From IMG/VR virus record IMGVR_UViG_3300005529_000023, positions 96,001 through 160,000 of that record: a DNA stretch of 64,000 nt; one strand, given 5' to 3'. A program made the translations under genes and the position numbers. Origin of the DNA: a virus. The notes under the pieces were generated by a model. The model did not search any database and was not told where the DNA came from. It saw nothing but the letters and a program-made list of their open reading frames with translations. Positions 36,279-44,991 of the stretch are shown here, piece by piece. The stretch's first letter is position 1, and every line of letters begins with the position of its first letter.

Positions 36279-36785
36279 ATGCAAATTACTCCAAACGAAA
36301 TTGACACCGTAGAGCATGCCGGGGAACTGAATAAGAACCCTGTCAAAATGGTCCGAACCAAGGGCGGTTTCTGGATCGCCGTTGGTCGTCCAAAAGGAAA
36401 GCAGCGCGAGGAAGCTCTAGCAGCCGGCAGTCACCCTGCCATTGTTCGTTATAATCTAGAAAAGCAGTATGAAGATTTTCAACCTGCGATGATGAAAAGC
36501 GAACTGTTGCAGGACAACTCCGTAGTTGAAAGTCACTCGCATTACCTTAGCGATTCACTTCGTAAGTCTGGTCATGACATCTACTCTGTTCAAAACGGTA
36601 ACGATGTAGAATTTCACATCACTAAGCAAAATATGAAAGTTTCTACGGTTCCAGGGAAAATCGAAAACGATTCATTAGTTCTTAAGGAACTCAACATTCC
36701 CAGAGAATTCAGCAAGGCCATGGCCGGTGCCACAGTTGAAAAGGCGATGGGATGCAAAGTAGGACTAAAGCTAAAGAGTAAGTAA
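36279..36785 (+). CDS. Hypothetical head-module protein
   Basis: 168 aa; tightly coupled; MMKSE and LRKSG motifs. Confidence 0.75.
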   Translation: MQITPNEIDTVEHAGELNKNPVKMVRTKGGFWIAVGRPKGKQREEALAAGSHPAIVRYNLEKQYEDFQPAMMKSELLQDNSVVESHSHYLSDSLRKSGHDIYSVQNGNDVEFHITKQNMKVSTVPGKIENDSLVLKELNIPREFSKAMAGATVEKAMGCKVGLKLKSK

Positions 36786-37139
36786 ATGTGCATTAAAATC
36801 GTCCGAACCAAAGAAGAACTTGTTTATGATTCCTCGAAGCCCATCGAGGAACAGATCCGTGGCGCCAAACAGATCGTCATCAACTATGAACCATCCGATC
36901 CTGATTTGAACAGGTTTTTGGACGAGGTTGAAAGGCTTTGTAAGACTGGCGTTAGCGCACAGATGAATATCAAAGTGGTCCACAATGACTATCTCAATGG
37001 TGCTAAGACTAAAAAAGAAATATTGCATATGGTCAATGACCTGAAATTCAACGAAGTAATTAAGGCTATGGTTAAAGGCCAACATGAAACCGACAAGAGA
37101 CTTGAGGAACTACTCAATCTCTGCCGAGTTAGCAAATAG
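36786..37139 (+). CDS. Hypothetical protein
   Basis: 117 aa; abuts the previous stop. Confidence 0.7.
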   Translation: MCIKIVRTKEELVYDSSKPIEEQIRGAKQIVINYEPSDPDLNRFLDEVERLCKTGVSAQMNIKVVHNDYLNGAKTKKEILHMVNDLKFNEVIKAMVKGQHETDKRLEELLNLCRVSK

Positions 37140-37153
37140 GATATATAACAGGT

Positions 37154-38077
37154 ATGTCAAAGAGGCCCGCAGACGGCACGCAGACCGACACTATCAGTAG
37201 ATTCAGCCCACAAGTGCAAGAATCCTTTGATCTCAAAAAACTAGACGGTTTCGTTACCGGACTAGGGGTGGACTTTCTTCACTACCGAGCCATGCCTAGT
37301 CCTATCGGGAAAAAAGACCGTGGAGACTACCGCAGAGAAGACGGAGTGGACACAATTACTTCCAACGGCATGATCTACACCTGCGCAGGTAAGTTCACAG
37401 GAACTATGACCGACAACAGTCGCGAACAGAAACGTTCAGCTGGCGGAGTTCTAGATCCTTCTGAAGCCAGACTTGTAATGCCCCGCTTCTATAATTCTTG
37501 CACGGGAATGTCTGACGCTGATCGTATCTATTTAATGCCTGGTGACCGCCTCTATGTCGCTGACAAAGACGCCGATGTTCTCGTAGCTAATGCGCAAGAA
37601 ATTGATTATGACCCCGACAGAGACAATGAAGCTCTCTATCCCATCGTCAAGATTCAAGACATCGTTGATAGTCGCAATCAACCCTTCACATGTGGAACCG
37701 ATTTCGAAATCACTCCAATGGGCAACATCCGTTGGATCGCAGGTGGAAGAAATCCCGGCATAGACAACGATACCGGCAAAGGTCGCATCTATTCAGTCAG
37801 GTATTTATACAAAGCCTTTTACTACGTCGTAGCACTCCCAAAAGAAGTTCGCGTAACGAACGTCACTACTGCTGGAGTGAGAGCACCTGAAAGAATGGCT
37901 TATCACGCTATTATCGTTAGGGAATACATTTTCCACAATCAAAACAGGGGCGATAAACAGAATCAAAATCAGCCCAAGCAACCTCAAAGAGCGGATGCGC
38001 CTCCTACTGAATCCACCAATCCCAATAGGTATGCGATTCCAGTGGATATGTCCACTATTTACGAGGGAGACGAATAA
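37154..38077 (+). CDS. Neck/head-completion-like protein
   Basis: 307 aa in the neck region; GVDFLHYRAMPSP; RIYSVRYLYKAFYYV. Confidence 0.65.
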   Translation: MSKRPADGTQTDTISRFSPQVQESFDLKKLDGFVTGLGVDFLHYRAMPSPIGKKDRGDYRREDGVDTITSNGMIYTCAGKFTGTMTDNSREQKRSAGGVLDPSEARLVMPRFYNSCTGMSDADRIYLMPGDRLYVADKDADVLVANAQEIDYDPDRDNEALYPIVKIQDIVDSRNQPFTCGTDFEITPMGNIRWIAGGRNPGIDNDTGKGRIYSVRYLYKAFYYVVALPKEVRVTNVTTAGVRAPERMAYHAIIVREYIFHNQNRGDKQNQNQPKQPQRADAPPTESTNPNRYAIPVDMSTIYEGDE

Positions 38078-38134
38078 ATTGTATCGGGCAAAGCAATCTT
38101 AAAACAGGAATAACTATAAGGAAGTAAAGGATTT

Positions 38135-38578
38135 ATGAAAAATATTCGCAATATTCCAGGACACAATGTTCAAGACCCAGCAATACTCCACAACCTAGAG
38201 TACAACGATGCTGCGGGTTCGAAAAAGGTATCAGAAGTAGGTAGACACCTAATTCCAGTTCCTTACATCAACTCCGGCTCTCTTGCTTTCAAGACGGACC
38301 TATCGGCTGCCGCACAGGCACTCCCACAGCCAGGACTATGTTTAGCTATTTACAACAACTCCGCTTCTCTAGGATCAGTTACACTTGGGGAAGATGGCAC
38401 CATCACTTCACTAGCCCCAGGAGTTACTGATGGCAGTGGGCACGTTGGTGTTCCTTGTAAACCAAACGACTGGACGTATGTTGCTTGCGGGTCACAGCAG
38501 TGGGCAATTACTAGCGCGTCCACTCTACTTGTTTTCATTATCGACGACAACACTACTGTCAAAACTGAAGTCAAGTAA
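38135..38578 (+). CDS. Hypothetical virion protein
   Basis: 147 aa; late motif and AAGGA RBS upstream. Confidence 0.75.
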   Translation: MKNIRNIPGHNVQDPAILHNLEYNDAAGSKKVSEVGRHLIPVPYINSGSLAFKTDLSAAAQALPQPGLCLAIYNNSASLGSVTLGEDGTITSLAPGVTDGSGHVGVPCKPNDWTYVACGSQQWAITSASTLLVFIIDDNTTVKTEVK

Positions 38579-38592
38579 GAGGGACAGCTGCC

Positions 38593-39636
38593 GTGTCTAA
38601 CGCCGAACTCTTTCTAAAGAAAACTCTGGGCGAGGACTTTATGGAGTCCTTAGCCAAGGTTGAACTTTGGAAACCGGGTACCAGAAGTACCATCGATCAT
38701 GAAGAGCTTAAAACAGCTCTACAGATCGTGCCACGTACTGTTATGTCGCTACTCATTCGTGAGCTTGCGCCTATGGCTGTTGGAGAAACTAAAGAAGTAA
38801 ACCTTTTCGTTGCCGGCAACGCTATGATGCGCGTCACCAAGCACGAGCGCGACGTATATTCTGGTGAAATAGAACAGGACAATAAGAAAGTAGTCGATTT
38901 CAAATTCCGCGCTCTTCCCGGCGTCGGCCTTGTCATTATGAGTGCATTTGAACTCTACGACATGGAAAACCTAATCAATGCTTCTGACCGTAACATGCAA
39001 AATCCTATGGTAGAAGATGCCGAAGCCAAAGTACAAAGGATGATCGACGAACGTATTTCCATGACCGATCTAGTCAACAAAGTTGTTGATAGGAAGATGA
39101 TGGAGCGTCAGGCTATTCACGAAATGATGATGACTAAGCTCACCGATGAACTTCAGGCAATGAAAAGCATCGCTGCAGCACAGCAAGAAGTGATTATTGA
39201 TCACCAAAACAAGCATCGTCAAATTGCGGATCTTCGCGAAATGCAGGAAAGAACTACCCCTCAGACAGAAGAATACTTCAGGGGAATGACAAACGGACTA
39301 GAAGTAGCTAATGCTACAGTAAACAACCATGAACCCAAGTTCGTGGAGCCTCAAAAGAAGGTTCGTCCTCTCAAGGAATTCCTCGAAGGAAGAAAAAAGA
39401 AACCTTCCGAATTTTCGATCCAAGTAGCTAAGGGTGAAACCATTAGCTGCCCAGATTGCAAGAAAAACATCTTTGATGGCGCAGTATTCTCAGGCTGTAT
39501 TTGTCTTGGCGACGACAGAGAAAGAAAAGTGTTTATCAAGAAAAGCGAAGATGGGATCAAAGTTCGCTTTAGCCGTGGCTGGGACCAGGAAAACATTGAA
39601 ATGCTCCTAGAAGTGTTGAGGAGGAAGCGTGGCTAA
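38593..39636 (+). CDS. Hypothetical protein with coiled coil and C-terminal Cys cluster
   Basis: GTG start; CPDCKK...GCICLG. Confidence 0.75.
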   Translation: MSNAELFLKKTLGEDFMESLAKVELWKPGTRSTIDHEELKTALQIVPRTVMSLLIRELAPMAVGETKEVNLFVAGNAMMRVTKHERDVYSGEIEQDNKKVVDFKFRALPGVGLVIMSAFELYDMENLINASDRNMQNPMVEDAEAKVQRMIDERISMTDLVNKVVDRKMMERQAIHEMMMTKLTDELQAMKSIAAAQQEVIIDHQNKHRQIADLREMQERTTPQTEEYFRGMTNGLEVANATVNNHEPKFVEPQKKVRPLKEFLEGRKKKPSEFSIQVAKGETISCPDCKKNIFDGAVFSGCICLGDDRERKVFIKKSEDGIKVRFSRGWDQENIEMLLEVLRRKRG

Positions 39637-41242
39637 GATGTTGTATTTGAGCTACGACGGCGACAACTGCGGTAAAAAGGTAGGTCGCGCCATCCTGGCA
39701 AACGATGAAAAAGCACTACATGAGATCTCAGCCAAGATCGATCTTGGCCATGAGATTGTCAATCATTGGGTTGCCGAACACGGCGGAAAGAGAATTTCAG
39801 GCGGTGGAGACGAGGGATCTTTCAAGATTCCAGAAGAAACTGCTGGGGAGATTGAGTCCCTAAGAAAAGACTATCACTATGCGACTGGTATTACTATGTC
39901 TGTTGGCATTGGCAATAACCTCTCGGAAGCTGGAAGAGCACTTCTTGCTGCAAAGTTCAGAGGTAAAGATCAAGTCGCGCACTTTGACGAAAATGTCGAA
40001 AAGGATATTAAGAAAGCACGTCAACGTGTAAAAAAGGGCAAGGCTTCTCAAGATGAAGTGAAGCTTGCAGAAGCATATCTTGAAAAAGCTGAGGCTCCTA
40101 TGGAAAAAGAAAATGAAAAGAAGCCAGAAGAGGCTTTAGAACAGGCACCACAAGAAGGTGCTATACATGAATCTGAGTGTCCTTATTGTGAAGCTACAGA
40201 TGGCGTAGATCCAGACCATTGCAAGTACTGCCATGACGCAGATACTGCAGCTGGTCATGATGATTGTCCTTACTGCAAGCGAACGGAGGTAACGGGCGAT
40301 GACTGCCCTTACTGCAAGCAAATGGGTGAAACAGCAGGCGATGACTGTCCTTACTGCAAGCGCCCTGGCGGAGAAGCAGTGGGCGCCGCTGCGCCTGCCG
40401 ACCTAAGTGCCCCTGGCGCCGCAGCTGCCCTAGAAGCAGAGGCTTGCAAACAAAATGATCTAAATCCTCCTGGTATTGGCAAACCTGATCCAATCAGAGA
40501 AGTTCCAATCGAGGCGGCTCCTTCTAATGCAAGAGCGCTTCCTGAAATGCCACAAAAGCCAGATCCAGCTGCTCCATCTGGAGATGGTCCTATGGCCGGA
40601 ATCGATCCAGAAGACAACCACTCTACGGATGCTCTCAAGGCTATTGCTTCTCAAATCGAAGCCGAAGGCAATCCGCCAGCTAGCGAAGTAAACGCCATTG
40701 ATACTACCGAAACAGTAGAAGGTAGTAACATGGAAGGTACCACTTCGCGCCCCGAGGGATACGCACAGAACGTTCCTTCCGATATGGGGCTAGGACAGGC
40801 CAATAGTCCAGAAGGCGCAATTGAAGGACAGTCACAAGAAGATAGCAACCCTGATCTAACCTCAGTCCTTCAAGACGGGCTCCAGCAAGAAGCTTCGAGC
40901 ATTCAAAAAGATCGAGCCGTACAAATGGTTTCGTCTGCACTTCAAGGGTTCAAAGCAAACAAGCAGTATTTAGAACAGGCAAAACAAGCCGCTCCACAAC
41001 TCTACCAGTCCACCATCATGATGCTCAAAGCGATGATCGAAATGGCGAAAGCCCTTGGTTTAGGCGGTGGCGTAGAAGGATCTCCTAGTCCTCTTGACGC
41101 TGCGGCAGCGGGACAACAAACGGTAGCCGGTGGAAATGAATGGGACGACCCATTCCCAACACACCCTGATCAAGGCGGCGCACAGAAGCCTGGTCATCAT
41201 GCAGCGGGCCAGGAGGCCGCTGCTAAGGCCCCACAGCGATAA
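39629..41242 (+). CDS. mCpol/GGDEF-like nucleotidyltransferase domain fused to CxxC repeats and an acidic low-complexity tail
   Basis: LSYDGDNCG, ISGGGDEG, TMSVGIGNNLSEAGRALLAAKFRGKDQ; five CxxC units (four CPYC, one CKYC). Confidence 0.75.
   Translation: MAKMLYLSYDGDNCGKKVGRAILANDEKALHEISAKIDLGHEIVNHWVAEHGGKRISGGGDEGSFKIPEETAGEIESLRKDYHYATGITMSVGIGNNLSEAGRALLAAKFRGKDQVAHFDENVEKDIKKARQRVKKGKASQDEVKLAEAYLEKAEAPMEKENEKKPEEALEQAPQEGAIHESECPYCEATDGVDPDHCKYCHDADTAAGHDDCPYCKRTEVTGDDCPYCKQMGETAGDDCPYCKRPGGEAVGAAAPADLSAPGAAAALEAEACKQNDLNPPGIGKPDPIREVPIEAAPSNARALPEMPQKPDPAAPSGDGPMAGIDPEDNHSTDALKAIASQIEAEGNPPASEVNAIDTTETVEGSNMEGTTSRPEGYAQNVPSDMGLGQANSPEGAIEGQSQEDSNPDLTSVLQDGLQQEASSIQKDRAVQMVSSALQGFKANKQYLEQAKQAAPQLYQSTIMMLKAMIEMAKALGLGGGVEGSPSPLDAAAAGQQTVAGGNEWDDPFPTHPDQGGAQKPGHHAAGQEAAAKAPQR
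40178..40357 (+). repeat. Coding repeat of DDCPYCK-type units
   Basis: GATGA(C/T)TG(C/T)CCTTACTGCAAGC three times plus two diverged units. Confidence 0.85.
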
Positions 41243-41309
41243 GCCAATTGGGCAACCAATTGGCAAACTCTCGGCAAAACATACCACGGAACACGTAGCT
41301 AGGACGCCT

Positions 41310-41468
41310 ATGCCTCCTGGCGGTGTGAATGCTAAGGGTCAGCAAAAAGTGATCGATCCTAAAACCGGAAAAACAAGGTGGATTGACAGGAAGTCTGGAA
41401 TGGTGCAGAGCGCCACAGGGGTTCCAGTTAAGCCTCCTAAGCGAGGCAATGATGCCCCTCAAAATTAA
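41310..41468 (+). CDS. Small basic protein (or frameshift extension of the previous gene)
   Basis: MPPGGVNAKGQQKVIDPKTGKTRWID...; AGGA 5 nt upstream; the frame is open back across the previous stop. Confidence 0.5.
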   Translation: MPPGGVNAKGQQKVIDPKTGKTRWIDRKSGMVQSATGVPVKPPKRGNDAPQN

Positions 41469-42207
41469 GATCGATACGAGCGCAATCGCCAAGCAGATGA
41501 AAGAGTTCGCTACGGAAGTAGAGCAGGACTTAAGGAAGGGCGTTGCAAATCTCGCAGCTATTACTCACGCCAAAGTGAAAGAGATGGCGAGTGAGGAATT
41601 GAAATCGTCTCGTCAAGAAATGATGGACAACATCGGTTTTGAAGAAGTTGCCGAGGGAGTCTGGATTGTAAGTATCGCCGAAGACGCACTTTGGATCGAA
41701 GAAGGCATCGAAGCAAACAAGGACATGAAGCCTGATTTGCTCAAGAACGCCAAGCACACGTCTAAAGATGGCCACAAGTATCGCACCATTCCCTTCGATT
41801 ATGGCAAGCCCCCAACGCAGCTCACTGGTTACGCTCAAAATATAGTTGCTAGGATCAGATCGAACTTGAAAAAACAAGGCGTACCATTCAAGAAAATTGA
41901 AAAGGGTGCAAATGGTCAGCCTCTTACTGGGAAGCTTCACTCATTTGACTTTGGCGGAGAGATTCCTGGAAAAGGCAATACTCCAGTACTTCAAGGAGTG
42001 TCGATCTACCAGACCATCACGAAAACGGGTAACGTCCGACGTGATATATTGACTTTTAGAACTGTCAGTGGCGGCCCTGCAAGCGCAGGAAAATGGATTC
42101 ACCCAGGTTTTACCGCCAAGAAGTTCCTTGATCGTGCTCAGGATTGGGCTCTCAAGGAATGGGAAGACAAGATCCTCCCTGAGATTTTGGGGAAATACGG
42201 TAAATAA
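41452..42207 (+). CDS. Tail completion/neck protein (HK97 gp10-like position)
   Basis: GAGG RBS; MPLKIKID...KWIHPGFTAKKFLDRA. Confidence 0.65.
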   Translation: MPLKIKIDTSAIAKQMKEFATEVEQDLRKGVANLAAITHAKVKEMASEELKSSRQEMMDNIGFEEVAEGVWIVSIAEDALWIEEGIEANKDMKPDLLKNAKHTSKDGHKYRTIPFDYGKPPTQLTGYAQNIVARIRSNLKKQGVPFKKIEKGANGQPLTGKLHSFDFGGEIPGKGNTPVLQGVSIYQTITKTGNVRRDILTFRTVSGGPASAGKWIHPGFTAKKFLDRAQDWALKEWEDKILPEILGKYGK

Positions 42208-42209
42208 CC

Positions 42210-43214
42210 ATGGCTGGTATTTTTCAAGGCGACATCATCATCAAAACAGCTCTTGAGCTTGGCATCGAAGACATGCGCAAGAATCCATGGCTTATTGAGC
42301 ACATGTTGCTTGATCTGAAAAAGAATACTTACTTCTCTGACAAATACGGTCAGAAACAGATCGATGCGTGCAAAGAATGGCTCGCGAATAACCAAATCGA
42401 TGTCTATATGAGAGGAAGAGACGACAAGGATCGTCTTCCATGTGTAACGATCGAGATGGGCGGAAGTTCCGAAAAAGAAGAAATGAAACACATGGCCGAC
42501 CAATCTACTGAGAAGGTCGTCCTTTTACCCAACCAGATTAATAAGCCAATCGCTTATGTCCTCAAGCCATTCACGATCACTAACTACGACAATACTAGCG
42601 GCGAAGTAACAGTCGATCCAAGTATCGATCTAACCAGCGTCGCCCCCGGAATGATTCTCGTCGATCCTACTACCGGACAAGGGTACGTCATCCAAGATGT
42701 CATTGGAGAGGGTCTTCTTCTTGAACCAGCGCTTGATATCACTGCCACTGTATTCGGGATTGTTCCAGAGAATCAATTCTACGAAGCCAGGGTAGAGCAC
42801 TCGTTCTTTCAGGAAACGTACAATATAGGCTGCCACGCGCATGGTGACCCTCAGAACCTCCTATTCCTTTGGTCCATCGTGAAGTATTCAATTTTACGCT
42901 ACAGAGAAAGCTTGCTTGAAGCAAACGGTTTCATGGAAAGTTCCGTGAGTAGTACTGAACCAGATTTTGACGGTGCCTTCACAACTCCTGGCGGAGAAAA
43001 GGCATGGACTCGCGGCATCTCTTTGACAGGCCAAATTGAAAATACTTGGATCAAGTCTCCCCGCCGTATCATTGAATCTGTAGGTCTCAAGAAAAAGACA
43101 AATACTGGATATATTGGTGGAATTAGCATTATTTCTAACACAGATCCAGGCTTAGACGATAAAAGCCAAGTGAATTGGTACACCGATACTGAAGAAGAAA
43201 TTGATAACGAGTAA
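42210..43214 (+). CDS. Tail terminator-like structural protein
   Basis: 334 aa just upstream of the sheath region; RLPCVTIEMG; YNIGCHA. Confidence 0.6.
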   Translation: MAGIFQGDIIIKTALELGIEDMRKNPWLIEHMLLDLKKNTYFSDKYGQKQIDACKEWLANNQIDVYMRGRDDKDRLPCVTIEMGGSSEKEEMKHMADQSTEKVVLLPNQINKPIAYVLKPFTITNYDNTSGEVTVDPSIDLTSVAPGMILVDPTTGQGYVIQDVIGEGLLLEPALDITATVFGIVPENQFYEARVEHSFFQETYNIGCHAHGDPQNLLFLWSIVKYSILRYRESLLEANGFMESSVSSTEPDFDGAFTTPGGEKAWTRGISLTGQIENTWIKSPRRIIESVGLKKKTNTGYIGGISIISNTDPGLDDKSQVNWYTDTEEEIDNE

Positions 43215-43228
43215 CCAATCTTACACTT

Positions 43229-43570
43229 ATGCCATACCGTTCAGATGCTCAAAGAAGATGGGCTCACACTGCCGAAGGAAAGAAAGCGCTGGGTGGCAAA
43301 GCCGCTGTCCACGAATGGGACGAAGCTACTAAAGGCAAGAAGTTGCCTGAAAAAGTGGGCAAAACAGAGGATTTAGAAAAGGCCGTCAAAATGCCTTCAA
43401 CCTCCGTTCCTAGCGTCAAACCTCCGAATCCAAGTAACGCCGGTCAGCTTTCTGTTAAAAGTCCAAAAGCGAAGAAGATGGCTGATCCATTCGGTAAACC
43501 CTCGTTATTTTTCAAAGCAGAAAGTATTCAAAAGCTCCATTCTTTTTTAGAAGGCAGAAAGAAAAAATGA
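43229..43570 (+). CDS. Small basic virion-associated protein
   Basis: MPYRSDAQRRWAH N-terminus; late motif upstream. Confidence 0.7.
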   Translation: MPYRSDAQRRWAHTAEGKKALGGKAAVHEWDEATKGKKLPEKVGKTEDLEKAVKMPSTSVPSVKPPNPSNAGQLSVKSPKAKKMADPFGKPSLFFKAESIQKLHSFLEGRKKK

Positions 43571-44133
43571 GAAAATGCCTAGAATGTAAGCAAATTAAAC
43601 CAATAAAATGGTTCTATAAAGGGACACGAATTGGCGATGGAGTATTTTCTAAATGTGCTACTTGTAAACAAAAAGAACGTAAAAGAAGCGCATATCACTA
43701 CAAGAAGAAACTGGCTAAAAAGCTTACTCCTAAAAAAACAAAAAATCAGTACATGAAAGAGAGGAAACAAAAAGATCCTCTTTTTAAGCTACTAGTTAAT
43801 TTAAGAAATAGAAACTATTTCATATTTTCTGGACTAAACAAATCAAGTACTACCATTGACCTCTTGGGGTGCTCCATAGAGCATGCCAAAAATCATTTAG
43901 AAAAACAATTTAAACCAGGAATGAGTTGGCAGAATTACGGAAAAGAATGGCAAGTAGACCACATAATTCCGCTCAGAAGCGCTAAAAATAAAGAAAGTCT
44001 AGAAAGACTTTGTCATTTCAGTAATTTGCAACCCCTTTTCAAAGAAGAACACAAAATTAAAACCAAAGAAGACATGAAGTTAATAAAATCAATAACTTAT
44101 GTCAACAAAGATGTAAACAACCCAATCTTCTAA
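43567..44133 (+). mobile_element. HNH-type homing endonuclease
   Basis: CLECK...CATC; LLGCS...HLEKQF..GMSWQNYG..WQVDHIIP...CHFSNLQPL; very AT-rich. Confidence 0.85.
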
Positions 44134-44151
44134 TAGATAAGAGGTTTAAGT

Positions 44152-44700
44152 ATGGCTCATGAAAAACAGTATACACCTAAGCAAGTCACTATCGCCTTAC
44201 TCGGTAAGGTCGAAGAATTGCTTAAGAAGTCAGAGCTTACAAAAGCCAAAGACGACGCCAAAATGGTTCAGTGCAACAAATGTGGCGACATGTACAAAGC
44301 AGAAAGTAAGCATGATCGTTGTGTAGAACACGTAAAGCAAGTCAGCCCAGGAGTTAACAACCCACATGCTGTTTGCGTAGCGGAAGGCGTGAAGCCAGAG
44401 TCGTGGAACAAATCAGAAGGCGAATACAAACCTGAGAATGAACAAAAGCCAAACGCTCAGCCCTCTGAACACAACTCGCAAGATGCAAGTCAGCCAGCGC
44501 AGGGCAAGGCACCAGCAGGCGAGATTAAACCAAAAGAACAAGAGCAGGCGCCTTCTGACAACGTTCGCCCTACCGAGGGAACAGTTCCACACAACGGAAA
44601 TCCTCAATGGGGAGATGACCCGCAGGTGAGAGGTCATTTCAAATTGGCAAAGTTCATCGGCCATATGGAATCGAAGCGAAAGAGAAAGGTAGTCATCTAA
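44152..44700 (+). CDS. Hypothetical protein with Cys/His cluster
   Basis: CNKC...RCVEHVK..SPGVNNPHAVC; late motif upstream. Confidence 0.7.
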   Translation: MAHEKQYTPKQVTIALLGKVEELLKKSELTKAKDDAKMVQCNKCGDMYKAESKHDRCVEHVKQVSPGVNNPHAVCVAEGVKPESWNKSEGEYKPENEQKPNAQPSEHNSQDASQPAQGKAPAGEIKPKEQEQAPSDNVRPTEGTVPHNGNPQWGDDPQVRGHFKLAKFIGHMESKRKRKVVI

Positions 44701-44975
44701 TGGCTAAGAAAGAAAAAGATCAACAGGAGTCAGAAGAAATGACTCTAGAAGAAGCGAGAGCATTTAGAGCATCGCTTTACAAGCCTCAAAAGACGATTCT
44801 TACTCAGGCGCAAAAAAGAGAAGAATTTAGAAAGTTTTGGGCGAGAGAAAAGAAGAATTACGGAAAGTCCAAAGACTTGGAACAAATCTTATGGGTACAC
44901 CTTCTAGCAACCAAAATGGATGACCCCGAAAAGTTTGAAGCTGGCGTAAAGCACTTTGGACTTCAAAAAAGGTAA
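44700..44975 (+). CDS. Hypothetical protein upstream of the sheath
   Basis: 91 aa; TAATG overlap with the previous stop. Confidence 0.7.
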   Translation: MAKKEKDQQESEEMTLEEARAFRASLYKPQKTILTQAQKREEFRKFWAREKKNYGKSKDLEQILWVHLLATKMDDPEKFEAGVKHFGLQKR

Positions 44976-44991
44976 TTAAGGAGAAAAGACA

